DNA from: an uncultured Acidimicrobiia bacterium
Lineage (GTDB): Bacteria; Actinomycetota; Acidimicrobiia; Acidimicrobiales; AC-14
Assembly: GCA_963836205.1 (NCBI GenBank)
Contig: CAWIIV010000006.1
Coordinates: 128,001-192,000 of the forward strand
Length of the DNA stretch: 64,000 nucleotides
Direction of reading: 5' to 3'
Made by a program: the position numbers and the translations under genes. Shown piece by piece: positions 52,707-63,618 of the stretch. The notes under the pieces were generated by a model that had not been told where the DNA came from, searched no databases, and worked only from the letters and a program-made list of their open reading frames with translations. Each line of letters starts with the position of its first letter. The stretch's first letter is position 1.

Positions 52707-53600
52707 GTGGACACCTTCCTGAGCAACCTCTACATCGGCATCACGCTCGCCTCGCTCTTCCTCCTGGTGGGGCTGGGCCTCACCTTCACCTTCGGCCAGA
52801 TGGGCGTCATCAACATGGCCCACGGCGAGTTCATCATGGCCGGGGCCTACGTTCCCTACGTCCTGCAGACCACGTTCTTCGAGGGCACCAAGGGCGCCGC
52901 AGTCCTCGTCGCCCTCCCCGTCGCCTTCCTCGTCGCCGGCCTCATGGGCGTCGTGCTCGAACGCCTGCTCCTCCGGCGGATGTCGGGCCGGCCCCTCGAC
53001 ACCCTGCTCGTCACCTTCGGCGTCAGCCTGATCCTCCAGCAGCTGGCCAAGGACCTCTTCTCGGCCAACAACAAGGAGGTGGTGACGCCCACCTTCCTCC
53101 GCGGTCAGTCCGACCTCCTGGGCGTCACGGTCACCCACACCCGCCTGTTCGTCCTGGCCGTGGTCCTGCTGTCGATGGCCGGCGTGGCCTTCTTCCTCGG
53201 CAAGCTCGCCGCCGGGCGCCGGATGCGGGCCGTGATGCAGAACCGCGACCTGGCCGCGGTCAGCGGCCTACCCGTCTCCCGGGTCGACGCCACGACCTTC
53301 TTCATCGGCTCGGGGCTGGCCGGCGTGGCCGGCGTGGCCGTGTCGCTGATCGGCTCCGTCGGCACCGCCACCGGCACCTCGTACATCCTCTTCGCCTTCC
53401 TGGTCGTGATCGTGGGCGGGGTGGGCAGCCTCAAGGGGGCGGTCATCGCCGCCGTCGCCCTCGGCATCCTGAACTCCTACGTCGAGTTCTGGACCTCGTC
53501 CAGCCTGGCCAAGGCGGCCGTGTTCGCCTTCGTCATCCTCTTCCTGCAGTGGCGCCCCAACGGGATCGTCTCCTTCCGCACCCGGGGCCTCACCGCGTGA
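52707..53600 (+). CDS. urtB: Urea ABC transporter permease
   Basis: TFGQMGVINMAHGEFIMAGAY, RPLDTLL.TFG.SL.LQQ. Confidence 0.93.
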   Translation: MDTFLSNLYIGITLASLFLLVGLGLTFTFGQMGVINMAHGEFIMAGAYVPYVLQTTFFEGTKGAAVLVALPVAFLVAGLMGVVLERLLLRRMSGRPLDTLLVTFGVSLILQQLAKDLFSANNKEVVTPTFLRGQSDLLGVTVTHTRLFVLAVVLLSMAGVAFFLGKLAAGRRMRAVMQNRDLAAVSGLPVSRVDATTFFIGSGLAGVAGVAVSLIGSVGTATGTSYILFAFLVVIVGGVGSLKGAVIAAVALGILNSYVEFWTSSSLAKAAVFAFVILFLQWRPNGIVSFRTRGLTA

Positions 53601-54799
53601 GCGACACGACCATCGTCGGTCCGCCGCCAGACCCTGCTCCGACGGCGCCCACGGTGACCGGCGCCGAGCCGCGCCGCACCCCGCGCTCCCGCCTCGCCGC
53701 CGGCTCCAGCAGCCCGTGGACCGGCCGGGGCGCCTTCGTCGTCTTCGCCGTCGTCCTCCTGGCGGTGCCCACCGTGGCCAGCAACCCGGCCGACATCCGG
53801 CTGTGGGCCGAGTGGCTCTGCTACGCCATGATCGCCATCGGCCTCGACATCGCGTGGGGCTACGGGGGGATGCTCGCCCTCGGCCAGGGGCTGTTCTTCG
53901 GCCTGGGCGCCTACGCCATGGGCATGCACCTGTCGCTCGAGCAGGTTCCCGACGGCTCCCTGCCCTCGTTCATGGCCCTGTACAGCGACTACACCAGCCT
54001 GCCGGCGTTGTGGCGCCCGTTCCAGAGCCTGTGGTTCGCGGCCGCGGCGGCGGTGCTGGTGCCGGTGCTGGTGGCGGGGCTGCTCGGGCTGCTGGTGTTC
54101 AAGCGCCGCATCCGGGGCCCGTTCTTCGCCATCCTCACCCAGGCCACGGCGGTGATCTTCGTCCTGGTCCTCATCGGCAACCTCAAGCTCACGTCCGGCA
54201 CCAACGGGCTCACCGGGTTCACCACCATCTTCGGCCGCAGCCGCTACGCGCCCGGCACCAACAAATGGCTGTTCACGGTGGCTGCCATCGGCCTGCTGGT
54301 GGTGCTGGCCATCGCCATGAAGGTGGTCCGCAGCCGCTACGGCAAGCTCCTCCAGGCGACGCGCGACAGCGAGGACCGGGTCCGCTTCCTCGGCTACGAC
54401 CCCGCCATCGTCAAGACGGTCGGTTTCATGATCGCGGCCGGCATGGCCGGGCTCGCGGGTGCCATCGCCGCCCCCGTCTTCGGCATCGTCTCCCCCGCCC
54501 AGTTCGACTACGTGCCCTCGATCCTCATGGTCTGCTGGGTGGCGGTCGGCGGCCGGGGGACGCTGTGGGGGGCGGTGCTGGGGGCGCTGGTCGTGAACTG
54601 GGCCCGGGTCGAGGTGAGCGCGGCCCGTCCCGACGACTGGCTGTACCTCCAGGGCCTGCTGTTCGTGGTCGTGCTGGCCTTCGCCCCCGGGGGTATCGCC
54701 GGGCTCCTGCGGGGCCGGTGGCAGTGGCTTTCGGCGTCGCTCGCCCGTCGCAACCGACCCTCGCCCATCGAGAACGCCCCAGTAGGAGGGACCGTATGA
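53597..54799 (+). CDS. urtC: Urea ABC transporter permease
   Basis: WGYGGML.LGQG.FFGLG.Y, RDSEDRVRFLGY, VAVGGRGTL. Confidence 0.93.
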   Translation: MSDTTIVGPPPDPAPTAPTVTGAEPRRTPRSRLAAGSSSPWTGRGAFVVFAVVLLAVPTVASNPADIRLWAEWLCYAMIAIGLDIAWGYGGMLALGQGLFFGLGAYAMGMHLSLEQVPDGSLPSFMALYSDYTSLPALWRPFQSLWFAAAAAVLVPVLVAGLLGLLVFKRRIRGPFFAILTQATAVIFVLVLIGNLKLTSGTNGLTGFTTIFGRSRYAPGTNKWLFTVAAIGLLVVLAIAMKVVRSRYGKLLQATRDSEDRVRFLGYDPAIVKTVGFMIAAGMAGLAGAIAAPVFGIVSPAQFDYVPSILMVCWVAVGGRGTLWGAVLGALVVNWARVEVSAARPDDWLYLQGLLFVVVLAFAPGGIAGLLRGRWQWLSASLARRNRPSPIENAPVGGTV

Positions 54800-55591
54800 C
54801 CAAGGTGCTCGAAGTCAGTGGCCTGGCGGTGGAGTTCGACGGGTTCAAGGCCCTCGACGGGGTCAACTTCTCCGTCGAGCAAGGTGAGCTGCGCTTCCTG
54901 ATCGGTCCCAACGGCGCGGGCAAGACGACCCTCATCGACTGCATCACCGGGCTCACCAGGCCCACCGCGGGCGACGTCCGCTTCGAGGGCCGGTCGCTCA
55001 ACGGGTTGGCCGAGCACCGGCGGGTGAAGCTCGGGATCGGCCGCAGCTTTCAGACGCCCACCGTGTTCGACACCCTCACCGTGGCCGACAACCTCGACCT
55101 GGCCGAGGTCTTCCGCAGCCGCCTGCCCCGGTTGTTCCTCCGCCGCAAGGGCGTGAGCCCGGGCGTGTCGGCCACGCTCGAACGGGTCGGGCTCACCGCC
55201 GTGGCCGAGCGGCCCGCGGGCGCCCTCAGCCACGGCCAGAAGCAGTGGCTGGAGATCGGGATGCTGCTGGTGCAGGAGCCCAAGCTCCTCCTGCTCGACG
55301 AGCCGGTGGCGGGCATGAGCCCCCAGGAGCGGACTCGACACCGGCAAGCTGCTCCACGAGCTGGCCGGCGAGCACACCGTGGTCGTCATCGAGCACGACA
55401 TGGCCTTCCTGCGCCGCTTCGCCCACACCGTCACCGTCCTCCACGAAGGCAAGGTCATCTCCGAGGGCTCGGTCGACAAGGTGCAGGCCGACCCCATCGT
55501 GCGCGAGGTCTACCTCGGCCGGTCCCGCGACGAGCGCTCGGGTCAGGTCAGGGAGCCGGCCATTGCCGGGGGACGCCGAGGGCGGGGCTGA
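54796..55591 (+). CDS. urtD: Urea ABC transporter ATP-binding protein, +1 frameshift near 55333
   Basis: GPNGAGKT, LSHGQKQWLEIG and DEPVAGM are in one frame; VIEHDM and EVYLG are in the next. Confidence 0.9.
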
Positions 55592-56289
55592 TGCACCTCG
55601 AAGTCGACGACGTCCGCATCGCCTACGGGCGCACGGAGGTTGTCTACGGGGCATCGCTCGACGTCCCCGACGGGAGCTGCACGTGCCTCATGGGCCGCAA
55701 CGGGGTGGGCAAGACCACCCTGCTCAACGGGATCATGGGCATGCTCCCGCTCAAGGCGGGCACCATCACGCTCGACGGCCGCGACATCACCGGGATGGCC
55801 ACCCCCGCCCGGGCCCGGGCCGGCATCGGCTACGTCCCCCAGGGCCACCAGGTGTTCCCCCACCTCACCGCGAGGGAGAACCTGCGGGTGGTGCTCGAGC
55901 GCGACCGCAATGGCGACCCGAAGGCGATCGACGACGCCCTCGACGTGTTCCCCCGCCTGCGGGCCCTGCTCGACCGGCCCGCGGGCCTGCTGTCGGGCGG
56001 CCAGGCGCAACAGCTGGCCATCGCCCGGGCGCTGGTGTCCCGGCCCCGGCTGCTCGTGCTCGACGAACCCACCGAGGGCATCCAGCCGTCGATCATCCTC
56101 GAGATCGAGGACGCCATCGCCGAGCTGCACAAGGCGGGTGGCATGACGATCCTGCTGGTGGAGCAGTACGTGGAGTTCGCCCTCCGCCTGGCCGAGCACT
56201 ACGCGGTCATGGAGGGCGGCCTCATCACCCACCGGGGCGAGACGTCCTCCGTCGAGCTCTCCGCCTTCTCCGACCTGCTGGCGGTCTGA
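55591..56289 (+). CDS. urtE: Urea ABC transporter ATP-binding protein
   Basis: GRNGVGKT, YVPQG, LSGGQAQQL, DEPTEGIQPS. Confidence 0.93.
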   Translation: MHLEVDDVRIAYGRTEVVYGASLDVPDGSCTCLMGRNGVGKTTLLNGIMGMLPLKAGTITLDGRDITGMATPARARAGIGYVPQGHQVFPHLTARENLRVVLERDRNGDPKAIDDALDVFPRLRALLDRPAGLLSGGQAQQLAIARALVSRPRLLVLDEPTEGIQPSIILEIEDAIAELHKAGGMTILLVEQYVEFALRLAEHYAVMEGGLITHRGETSSVELSAFSDLLAV

Positions 56290-56295
56290 CCGCCG

Positions 56296-56346
56296 CAACT
56301 GGTGACGGATCCGGGGGTCCTGGCCCCCAGAGACGTCACCGGTTCG
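56296..56346. repeat. REP-like palindrome between convergent genes
   Basis: CAACTGGTGAC...GTCACCGGTT. Confidence 0.8.
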
Positions 56347-56347
56347 T

Positions 56348-58181
56348 TCAGGGGACCCGCACGTTGACCCGGTGGTGGCCGGTGGCGCCGTCGGGGAAGG
56401 GCGAGCTCTTCTCGGCCGTCTGCACCTCGCCGTCGCCGGTGGTGGCCCGCACGGTGAGGACGTGCTCGCCGGCGGTGGCGTCCCAGGGCATCGACCACTG
56501 GCGCCAGGCGTCGTCGCCCAGGGCCGGACCCAGGGTCGCCTCCCGCCACGGCCCCTCGTCGACCCGCATCTCCACCCGACCGATGCCACGGTGGGGGACC
56601 CAGGCCACCCCCGCCGCCGTCGCCGGACCAACCGCCACGCGGCCGTAGTCGCGTGGAACGTCGATGCGGGACTGCACCTTGACCGGACCGTTCCGGGCCC
56701 AGTTGCGCTGCACCCAGTAGGCGTCGTATTCCTCGAAGGTGGTGAGCTCGATCTCGGTCAGCCACTTGGTGGCGGACACGTAGCCGTAGAGCCCGGGCAC
56801 CACCAGGCGGGCCGGGAACCCGTGGGGCGCCGGGAGGGGCTCGCCGTTCATGCCCACCGCCACCAGGGCGTCGCGGCCGTCGGTGGCGACGCCGACGGGG
56901 AAGCCGACGGTGAAGCGGTCGACCGAGCGCCCGACGAGCTGGTTGGCCCCCGGCTGGACCCCGGCCCGCTCGAGCAGGTCGGCCAGGCGCACGCCCAGCC
57001 ACTTGGCCGTCCCCACCAGTGAGCCGCCGACCTGGTTGGACACGCACGACAGGGTGATGTGGCGCTCCACCAGGGGCAGGGCGAGCAGCTCGTCGTACGT
57101 CAGCTCGAAGGGGCCGTCGACCATGCCCTTCACCCGGAGGCGCCAGGTGTCGACGTCGACCGACGGGGTGACGAGCGCCTCGTCGATCCGGTAGAAGCTG
57201 CGGTTGGGGGTGACGAGGGAGCTGAGGCCCTCCACTTCCTGGAATCCGGGGCCGGCGTTGCCGATGGTCGGCGGCGGGCCGGAGGCGGCGGGCAGGGTGA
57301 CCGACGCGCCCGGGTCGGACCGGCCGAACGTCCGGCGCAGGAAGGTGGCCCCGCCGAGCAGGACCGCGGCGCCACCCGCGGCCGTCGAGCCCGCCACCAG
57401 AAACCGCCGCCGGCTGACGACGAGGGCGCCGGGCCAGGCCGTGGGTCCGGCAACCTCGGCCTCGGGCTCGGCGGCTGGTGTGGCGGGCGGCGGGTCGACC
57501 GGTGTGGGCGGCGGGTCGGCGGTCGGGGTGGCGGCCGGCAGGTCGGCGGTGGCGGTGGCGGCCGGCGGCGGCGGTGGCGGCCGGCGGGTCGGCGGTGGCG
57601 GCCGGCGGGTCGGCGGTGGCGGCGGCGGGCTGCGGCGGGCCGGGCGGCGGCGGGTCGACCGGCGGGTCGGTGGCGGCCGGCGGATTGGCGAGGCGGCGGG
57701 CCGGCGAAGCGGTGGCGGCGACGAGGAGGCGGCGGAGGGTGACGGCCCCCACGACCGCGGCCACCGTCGCGCCCACGATGGTCGCGCCCACCGGGACGTG
57801 GTCGAGGGAGGCGGCACAGACCACCGCCAGCAGGCCGAAGGCGGCGAAGGCGACGTCGCCCGCCCGTGGCCTGCGATGGGCGGCGACGCCCACCCGGGTG
57901 CCGATGGCGACGGCGAGGACGACGATCACGGCCAGGAGCAGCGGCTTGTCGGCGGTGCCGACGGTCTCCGTCGCCCCCCGGCTGAGGAAGCCCGGCGTGT
58001 GGCGGATGACGGCCTGGCCGACCACCGCCACGAGGGACGGGACGGGGGCGGAGACGGCGTCGGCGAGGCTGGCCGTCGCCAGTGCCACCGCCCCCGCCAG
58101 GCCGCCCGCCACCGCCGCTCGGCGGGAGTCCACCGGCGTCGAGGAACCAGGCGGGCGCGTCTCGACCTTCATGCGAGCCAT
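56348..58181 (-). CDS. Membrane-anchored sulfite oxidase-family molybdopterin oxidoreductase, frameshift near 57565
   Basis: N-terminal TMs (GTADKP), SRRRFL, TPNRSFYRID, LSCVSN, HGFPARLVVPGLYGY..KW, PDGATG. Confidence 0.85.
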
Positions 58182-58268
58182 GGTCCGGACGGCACCGTCA
58201 TCCGTTACAGGTTCTCACCGCCGAGCAGCGGACGGCCGGCGCCGGCCGCGGTGGTCTAACCTGGCCCG

Positions 58269-59036
58269 ATGCTTCAGGGTGCGAAGAGAAGCGTGGCGGG
58301 ATCCGTGGCCGGGCTGGCGGTGTCGATGATCGCCTTGGGGGTCCTCGCCCTCCCGGCCGGAGCCCAGACCGCCACCGGGGCGTCGAGCGTCGGCACGTCC
58401 GACTCGAACGGGGGAGGCGCGGGCGGAGCCACCGTGATCGCCAGTCCCACGGCCGTCTCCGGCAGCACCGGCAGCGCGTCGGCCGGCTCCACCGCCACCA
58501 ACACGGGCGACACCGGCGACGCCACCTCGATCGCCATCACCAACCCCTTCGCCGCCTCCGGCACCTCCGGCGCGGCCGGCGACAGCGGGGCCACCGCGTC
58601 CACCCCCACCGCCACCAACAGCGCCACCCTCGGCACCGCCGTGGCCGGGTCCACCGCCTCCGCACCCGTGGGCGGCAACCAGGCCACCAGCACCGCTTCG
58701 GGCACCGGATCCCCCGCCCCCGCCCCCGGCACCGGCGCCGTCACCGCTGCGGAGGCGGCCGCCGGCGGACTCAGCGCGGCCGACGCCGCCCTGGCCGAAG
58801 CCGCCGTCCTGGCCACGCCACCCGCCTTCGAGCCGCCGTCGGCACCCTCGGTCGACGTCGCCCCCGCACCCAGTGGCATCGACGAGACCCTGGCCGCCTT
58901 CAGCCGCAGCCTGGTCAACGACTACAGCGACGCCGGCGCCACCAACCTCCTGGTCCTCTTCCTCGGGTTCATGCTGGCCGGCAAGATCGCACGCGAGTTC
59001 TTCCGCCTGCACAACTACTGGGACCTGCTGCCCTAA
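58269..59036 (+). CDS. Ala/Thr/Ser-rich secreted or surface protein with C-terminal TM
   Basis: Signal peptide ending AGA, low-complexity core, hydrophobic C-terminal helix; TAACCT 6 nt upstream of the ATG. Confidence 0.6.
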   Translation: MLQGAKRSVAGSVAGLAVSMIALGVLALPAGAQTATGASSVGTSDSNGGGAGGATVIASPTAVSGSTGSASAGSTATNTGDTGDATSIAITNPFAASGTSGAAGDSGATASTPTATNSATLGTAVAGSTASAPVGGNQATSTASGTGSPAPAPGTGAVTAAEAAAGGLSAADAALAEAAVLATPPAFEPPSAPSVDVAPAPSGIDETLAAFSRSLVNDYSDAGATNLLVLFLGFMLAGKIAREFFRLHNYWDLLP

Positions 59037-59039
59037 GCG

Positions 59040-59879
59040 TCACCCGGTCGGCGGCAGCGGGACCAGCTCGACCGTCGATACCTCGGGCAGCAGGTTGAGG
59101 GTGGCGCACGGGCGCTCGGCCGAGAAGCCGGTGCCGTCGGCACCGATCCGCACCACCACGCTCCACCTGGCCAGCCCGGCTCGCGCCAGCTCCTCCCGGA
59201 CGATGGCCTCCGCCGGCCCGGCACCGATGCACCCCTCGCTCAGCCGACGGGCGACGGCGTCCCGGAAGGCGAGGAACCGGGCCGGATCGACCACGGAATC
59301 GTTGGGTACGGGATGCGGCCGGGCGCTCGAGCCGGGTCCCGACGCCGCCGGCGAGGTTACGGCGGCCAGCCCCAGATCGAGGCAAACGTCGCGGCCCGCC
59401 GGCTGGGGGAACACGCCGACGACGCCCGACGCCAGGACGCAGTCCCTGAGCGCCGGCCGGGGCTGAGCCCCGAAGTACCCCTCGTCCCACACCCTCGAGC
59501 ACGCCGCCGACGGCCCCTCGTCCTCGACGGCCACGACTGCGGTGGTCGACCGGAGATCGGCCGCCGCGAAGCAGGCTGCGGTCTGGGGCTTGGAGACCTG
59601 GGTCGCGACCAGGGCGTAGCCGGCGACCGCCACCGACAGGCTGACGAGCACACCCAGCGCGGCCACGCGGGGGCCGCGCCGGCGGCGGAGGCGGCCCGCC
59701 ACCGGCCACGGCGCCCGACCCCGCCGAGTGCGCACGGCGACCCCCGGCTCGAAGGCCACGATGCGCTGGAACAGCGCCTGCGCCGGTTGGGCCAGCACGA
59801 GGTCGTCGTACTGGCCCGCTCGCACAGGGTTCAGCATCCGTAGCCGCTCCAATGGGTCACGGTCACGCTCAGTACTCAT
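59040..59879 (-). CDS. Putative anti-sigma factor (single TM, Cys-paired extracellular domain)
   Basis: ATGA overlap with the ECF sigma gene; basic stretch then TM; six Cys on the outside. Confidence 0.6.
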   Translation of the reverse strand: MSTERDRDPLERLRMLNPVRAGQYDDLVLAQPAQALFQRIVAFEPGVAVRTRRGRAPWPVAGRLRRRRGPRVAALGVLVSLSVAVAGYALVATQVSKPQTAACFAAADLRSTTAVVAVEDEGPSAACSRVWDEGYFGAQPRPALRDCVLASGVVGVFPQPAGRDVCLDLGLAAVTSPAASGPGSSARPHPVPNDSVVDPARFLAFRDAVARRLSEGCIGAGPAEAIVREELARAGLARWSVVVRIGADGTGFSAERPCATLNLLPEVSTVELVPLPPTG

Positions 59880-60439
59880 GGCGGCGCCTTTCCGTGATGT
59901 TCAGGGGGCTCCGATTGGGTCTCGTGTCCGGCTCGGGGACGACCTTTCTCGATTTCCTTCCCCAGGCGGTTCCGGGCTCTGTGCATGCGGACCGCCACTG
60001 CCGCCTCCGAGCAGCCCACCACCAGGCCGATCTCCCGGTGCGACAACTCCTCCCAGACTGCGAGGCGGAGGATCTCCTGGTCGCCCGGGCGCAACCTCAG
60101 GAGGGCCGACAGCACCGTTCGCCGCTCGTCGTCGAAGAGAACGCCGGCGTCGACATCGCTGCTTGGCAGCCACTCCCGGGCCAGCCGGGAGGACAGTTCG
60201 ACCCGCCGCAGGTTGCCCCGACGCTGGTTGGCGATGACCCGGCGGGCGACCCCGTAGAGCCAGGGCAGGGTGTCGGCGCCGGCGGGTACGTCGGCCAGCC
60301 GCCGCCAGGCCACCAGGAACGTCTCCGACACCGCGTCCTGGGCCAGGTCGCCGTCCGGAAGGCGGCGACGGGCATAGGCGGAGACGGCCCCGTAGTACGA
60401 CTCGTAGATCTGGCGGAACCGGAGCGTCCCGTCGTCCAT
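59876..60439 (-). CDS. ECF RNA polymerase sigma factor
   Basis: DAVSETFLVAWRR, PWLYGVARRV, WEELS..EI, VRMHRAR. Confidence 0.92.
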   Translation of the reverse strand: MDDGTLRFRQIYESYYGAVSAYARRRLPDGDLAQDAVSETFLVAWRRLADVPAGADTLPWLYGVARRVIANQRRGNLRRVELSSRLAREWLPSSDVDAGVLFDDERRTVLSALLRLRPGDQEILRLAVWEELSHREIGLVVGCSEAAVAVRMHRARNRLGKEIEKGRPRAGHETQSEPPEHHGKAPP

Positions 60440-60546
60440 GGATCAGCTTTCTAGACGGCAGACGCGGAAGCGGCCGGCTTGGTAGCCGGCCGCTTCACGT
60501 TTCCCGCAAGGACGCGGCTGCTGGGGAAGCCGCGTCCGCAGGGGAC

Positions 60547-61155
60547 CTAGGCCATGTAGATGGAAGACACCCTGTTGTCCCACCCGGCGGCCGGCCACGC
60601 GACGGCCGTCCAGGGCGGGAGGGGACCGGGGGGATACAGGGCCCCCCCGCCACCGGTGTGCTCGGCCAAGTAGGAGTAGCAGGCGCCGACCTGGAACGAC
60701 GTCATCTGGTCGTTGAAGCCGTAGTCGGTCAGGTTCTGCCAGAACAGGCGATCGAAGAAGAGCAGTTGCCGGCCCCCGTAGGTGTTGTGCTCGAAAAGCC
60801 GCAACGGCGAGGAGCACGTGTACGGGTACGCCGCCGCCTGGGGAGGGATCTTCGCCACCCGGGCCTCGGCGTCGGCCAGGGAGCGGAAGCACTCGACCAG
60901 TTTCGCCTGGAGCATGACGATGCACGCCCGGGCCTGCTGCCAGGTGGAGGAGAGGTCGATCCGCCGACCCTCGAAGTCGGCCGTCACCGGCTGGCCGTTG
61001 GAGTGGGCGGCGCGGGCGGCGGCGGGGTCGTGCTCTGCTGGCCGGGCGCCGCCCCGCGCCGTCTGGGCAGAGGCGGGTCCGACGGACGCGACCCACCCGG
61101 CGGTGGCGATCGCGAGCGCCACCCAGCCGACCCATTCCTTGCGCAGCAACCGCAT
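60547..61155 (-). CDS. Secreted protein with beta/gamma-crystallin-like (I36-like) domain
   Basis: Signal peptide; LFEHNTYGG, FNDQMTSF, WDNRVSSI. Confidence 0.65.
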   Translation of the reverse strand: MRLLRKEWVGWVALAIATAGWVASVGPASAQTARGGARPAEHDPAAARAAHSNGQPVTADFEGRRIDLSSTWQQARACIVMLQAKLVECFRSLADAEARVAKIPPQAAAYPYTCSSPLRLFEHNTYGGRQLLFFDRLFWQNLTDYGFNDQMTSFQVGACYSYLAEHTGGGGALYPPGPLPPWTAVAWPAAGWDNRVSSIYMA

Positions 61156-61396
61156 TCCCCCCCTGCTTCCTGACGAACCCGCCCATCACGATGGGCGCGG
61201 ACGTCATGGGAACCAATGTCCGGGTCGGGTGCGAACCTTTCACCGTTTTTTGAGCCGGTTCGGCCCGGGTCGGGCGGCGGCGGGATGCCTGGTCGGCGGG
61301 GGCGGCCGGGGGGTGCTCAGGCTGTCGTCGTGCGCGTCGTCGCCGGCACCGCCGCCGATCGACGGTCGGGTCCCGCCAGAGAGCCTCTGGGCGGGG

Positions 61397-62483
61397 TTAG
61401 AACTTCCCGCCGTTGACCAGGCTGTCGCCCGACGGCAGGGGCTCCATGGCGTCCCAGTGCTCGACGATCAGCCCGTCCTCCAGGCGGAAGATGTCCATGG
61501 CGGCCATGTCGTTCCCGGCCCACACCAGGTGCGACAACGTCGCCACGAAGTTGCCCTGGCCGACGATCCGGTGGACGGCTTCGTAGTACATCGGCGGACC
61601 CGTCGGCACCGCCGCTTTCGAGCAGGTGCCGGAGGGCGTCCAGGCCGTCGGGTGCGCCCGAGTTGTGCTGGAGGTACTGCTCGGCCGAGATGAAATCGCC
61701 CACGTCGGCGGTCGGCGACTTGGACAGTCCTTCGGTCAGCAGCCGGCGGACGACGTCCTTGTTCTTCTCGGTCAGCTCCAGGTCGTCGATCTCGGTGGCC
61801 CCGTCGACCTGGGTCCGTCCCGACGGGTTGGGTTCACGCGTCGCGGTGATGACGTCCCAGTGCTCGACGATCTTGTCGTTCCCGTCGACCAGGAAGATGT
61901 CGGCGGTCACCCAGCGAGCGGCTCCGCCGTCGAGGACCTGATTGGCGTGCACGAAGACGTACCGGCCGTCGGTGAGGGTCCGGACGAGCTCGATCTCGCG
62001 TTGGGGGTGCGCCTCGAGGAAGGGCTCGAAGAACTCGAGGAAGCCATCGCGTCCGTCGCGAACACCCGTGCTGTGCTGGGTGTAGTGGTCGCCGAGGTGG
62101 GCGTCGAGTGCTTCGTGGATGTTCCCGCCGCCGATCCCGTCGAGGTAGAGGGCGTGGACGTGGGCCGCGGGGCGAGGCGTGATCAGCGGGACCTCCACCT
62201 GCTGGTCCATCGACATCATGGACGGGTCGACGGCGTCGAGGTACGCAGCCGTCGCCGGCGACGACATGAACGCCTCCATCGACGCGTTGGCCTCGGCGGC
62301 CGAGTCCCACCGGAGCATGATGGTCCAGAGGCCCTCCGCATCGACTTTGATCCTCCGCGAGAGCTCGTCGTACCCGGGGCGCGTCATGAGGAAGTCGCGC
62401 ACCATCACGTCGTTCGCCGCCACGAACTCCTTGGCGGTGACGCCGTCGCGCAGGTGAAGCTTGATCGTCTCGATCACGGCCAT
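61397..62483 (-). CDS. ABM-like plus tandem SnoaL/NTF2-like domain protein, frameshift near 61600
   Basis: YTQH...DG..GF and DIF...KIVEHWD repeated twice (YLQHN; DIFRLEDGLIVEHWD); AGGAG RBS. Confidence 0.75.
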
Positions 62484-62732
62484 GTCTCGCTCCTATCGGC
62501 TTTGTCGGAAGAGAAGCCCCAGCCGCTGCTGACCTTCCACGGTCTCGTCGACCGGCCGCGACACGGTGCGGACGCGTCGCACCAGTCCTCGTAGCCCTCG
62601 AGCCCGCTCCTACTGTCGCCCACGGTACACGTGCCCACGAAGCGATCGGGACCGATGTCCGTTCGCCGAGACGTGTCGCAAATCTGTCGCGTCGATGACG
62701 CGAAAGGCGTCGCGAGCCGGGACCCTCGACCC

Positions 62733-63389
62733 TCAGGTCGCCTCGAAGACCTTCCGTTCCAGGCAGCGGGCGTCGTCGATCTCGATCACCTGCTCGGCCT
62801 CGACCCGCACCATCCAGCCTGAGGTCGGGTCGTAGGCGTAGCGGATGGTGTTGCGGATGGTGAAACCGCTGACCTCGTCGGCCATCGCCCTGCTCTCGTC
62901 CTCTCCCACCAGGTCGACCAGGGACTCGATGAGGATCTCGGCCGTGGCGTCGGGCTCCGGCGTGACCGTCATCTCGACCACGGCACAGCCGTCGCCGTCC
63001 CGGGGCGTGAGGAGGGCCACCGAAGATGTCGCGGGGAACGGCCGCCCCCCGAACGGGTTGGGCAGCTCGTCGGGGGCGGTGATCCTCTCGTCGGGATCGA
63101 GCACGAGCCCATAGGCGGCGTGCATGACGGCGACGTCCTCCACCACGGTCGTCTGGAGGAACGAGTCCGAGAGCAGGAGGTCGCGCATGGCCGCCGTCGA
63201 CTCGGCCAGTTCGGGTGAGCTGCCCCGCAACCCTTCGAGCTTGTCGACGATCCGCTCGGCTTGGCCGCGAAGGGCGTCCAGGTTCTCCACGTGACCGTAG
63301 GCCCCCGACTCGTCGGTGGAGTACTCGATCGACCGCGCTGCCTGAGTTCGCCTGGCAAGCTTGGTCTGCGCCTTCGGCAGCTGCGGCAT
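62733..63389 (-). CDS. Hypothetical protein (possibly 5'-truncated)
   Basis: Open frame with GC-ending codons; no recognisable motif; start uncertain. Confidence 0.5.
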   Translation of the reverse strand: MPQLPKAQTKLARRTQAARSIEYSTDESGAYGHVENLDALRGQAERIVDKLEGLRGSSPELAESTAAMRDLLLSDSFLQTTVVEDVAVMHAAYGLVLDPDERITAPDELPNPFGGRPFPATSSVALLTPRDGDGCAVVEMTVTPEPDATAEILIESLVDLVGEDESRAMADEVSGFTIRNTIRYAYDPTSGWMVRVEAEQVIEIDDARCLERKVFEAT

Positions 63390-63424
63390 CGCATTCGACC
63401 CATCCGTCACCTCGGTAGGCATCT

Positions 63425-63610
63425 GTGACCCTCCTATACCCCTTGATGGCCGTGGCAATCGCCCTGCAGGCGCGGCCAGGGGCATATGCAGCGCTCATCG
63501 GCTCTGGCGTGTCGTCGGGAGCTGGCGTCCCCACCGGCTGGGGGATCGTGAGGACCTCATTCGACGCGTGGCTACGATCCAAGGCGCCGATGGCGGGAGA
63601 TCTGCGGTAG
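63425..63610 (+). pseudogene. N-terminal remnant of SIR2-like (SIR2_2) protein
   Basis: PGAYAALIGSGVSSGAGVPTGWGIV, then after a frameshift EDLIRRVA; no remainder of the domain. Confidence 0.6.
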
Positions 63611-63618
63611 TGGACACG

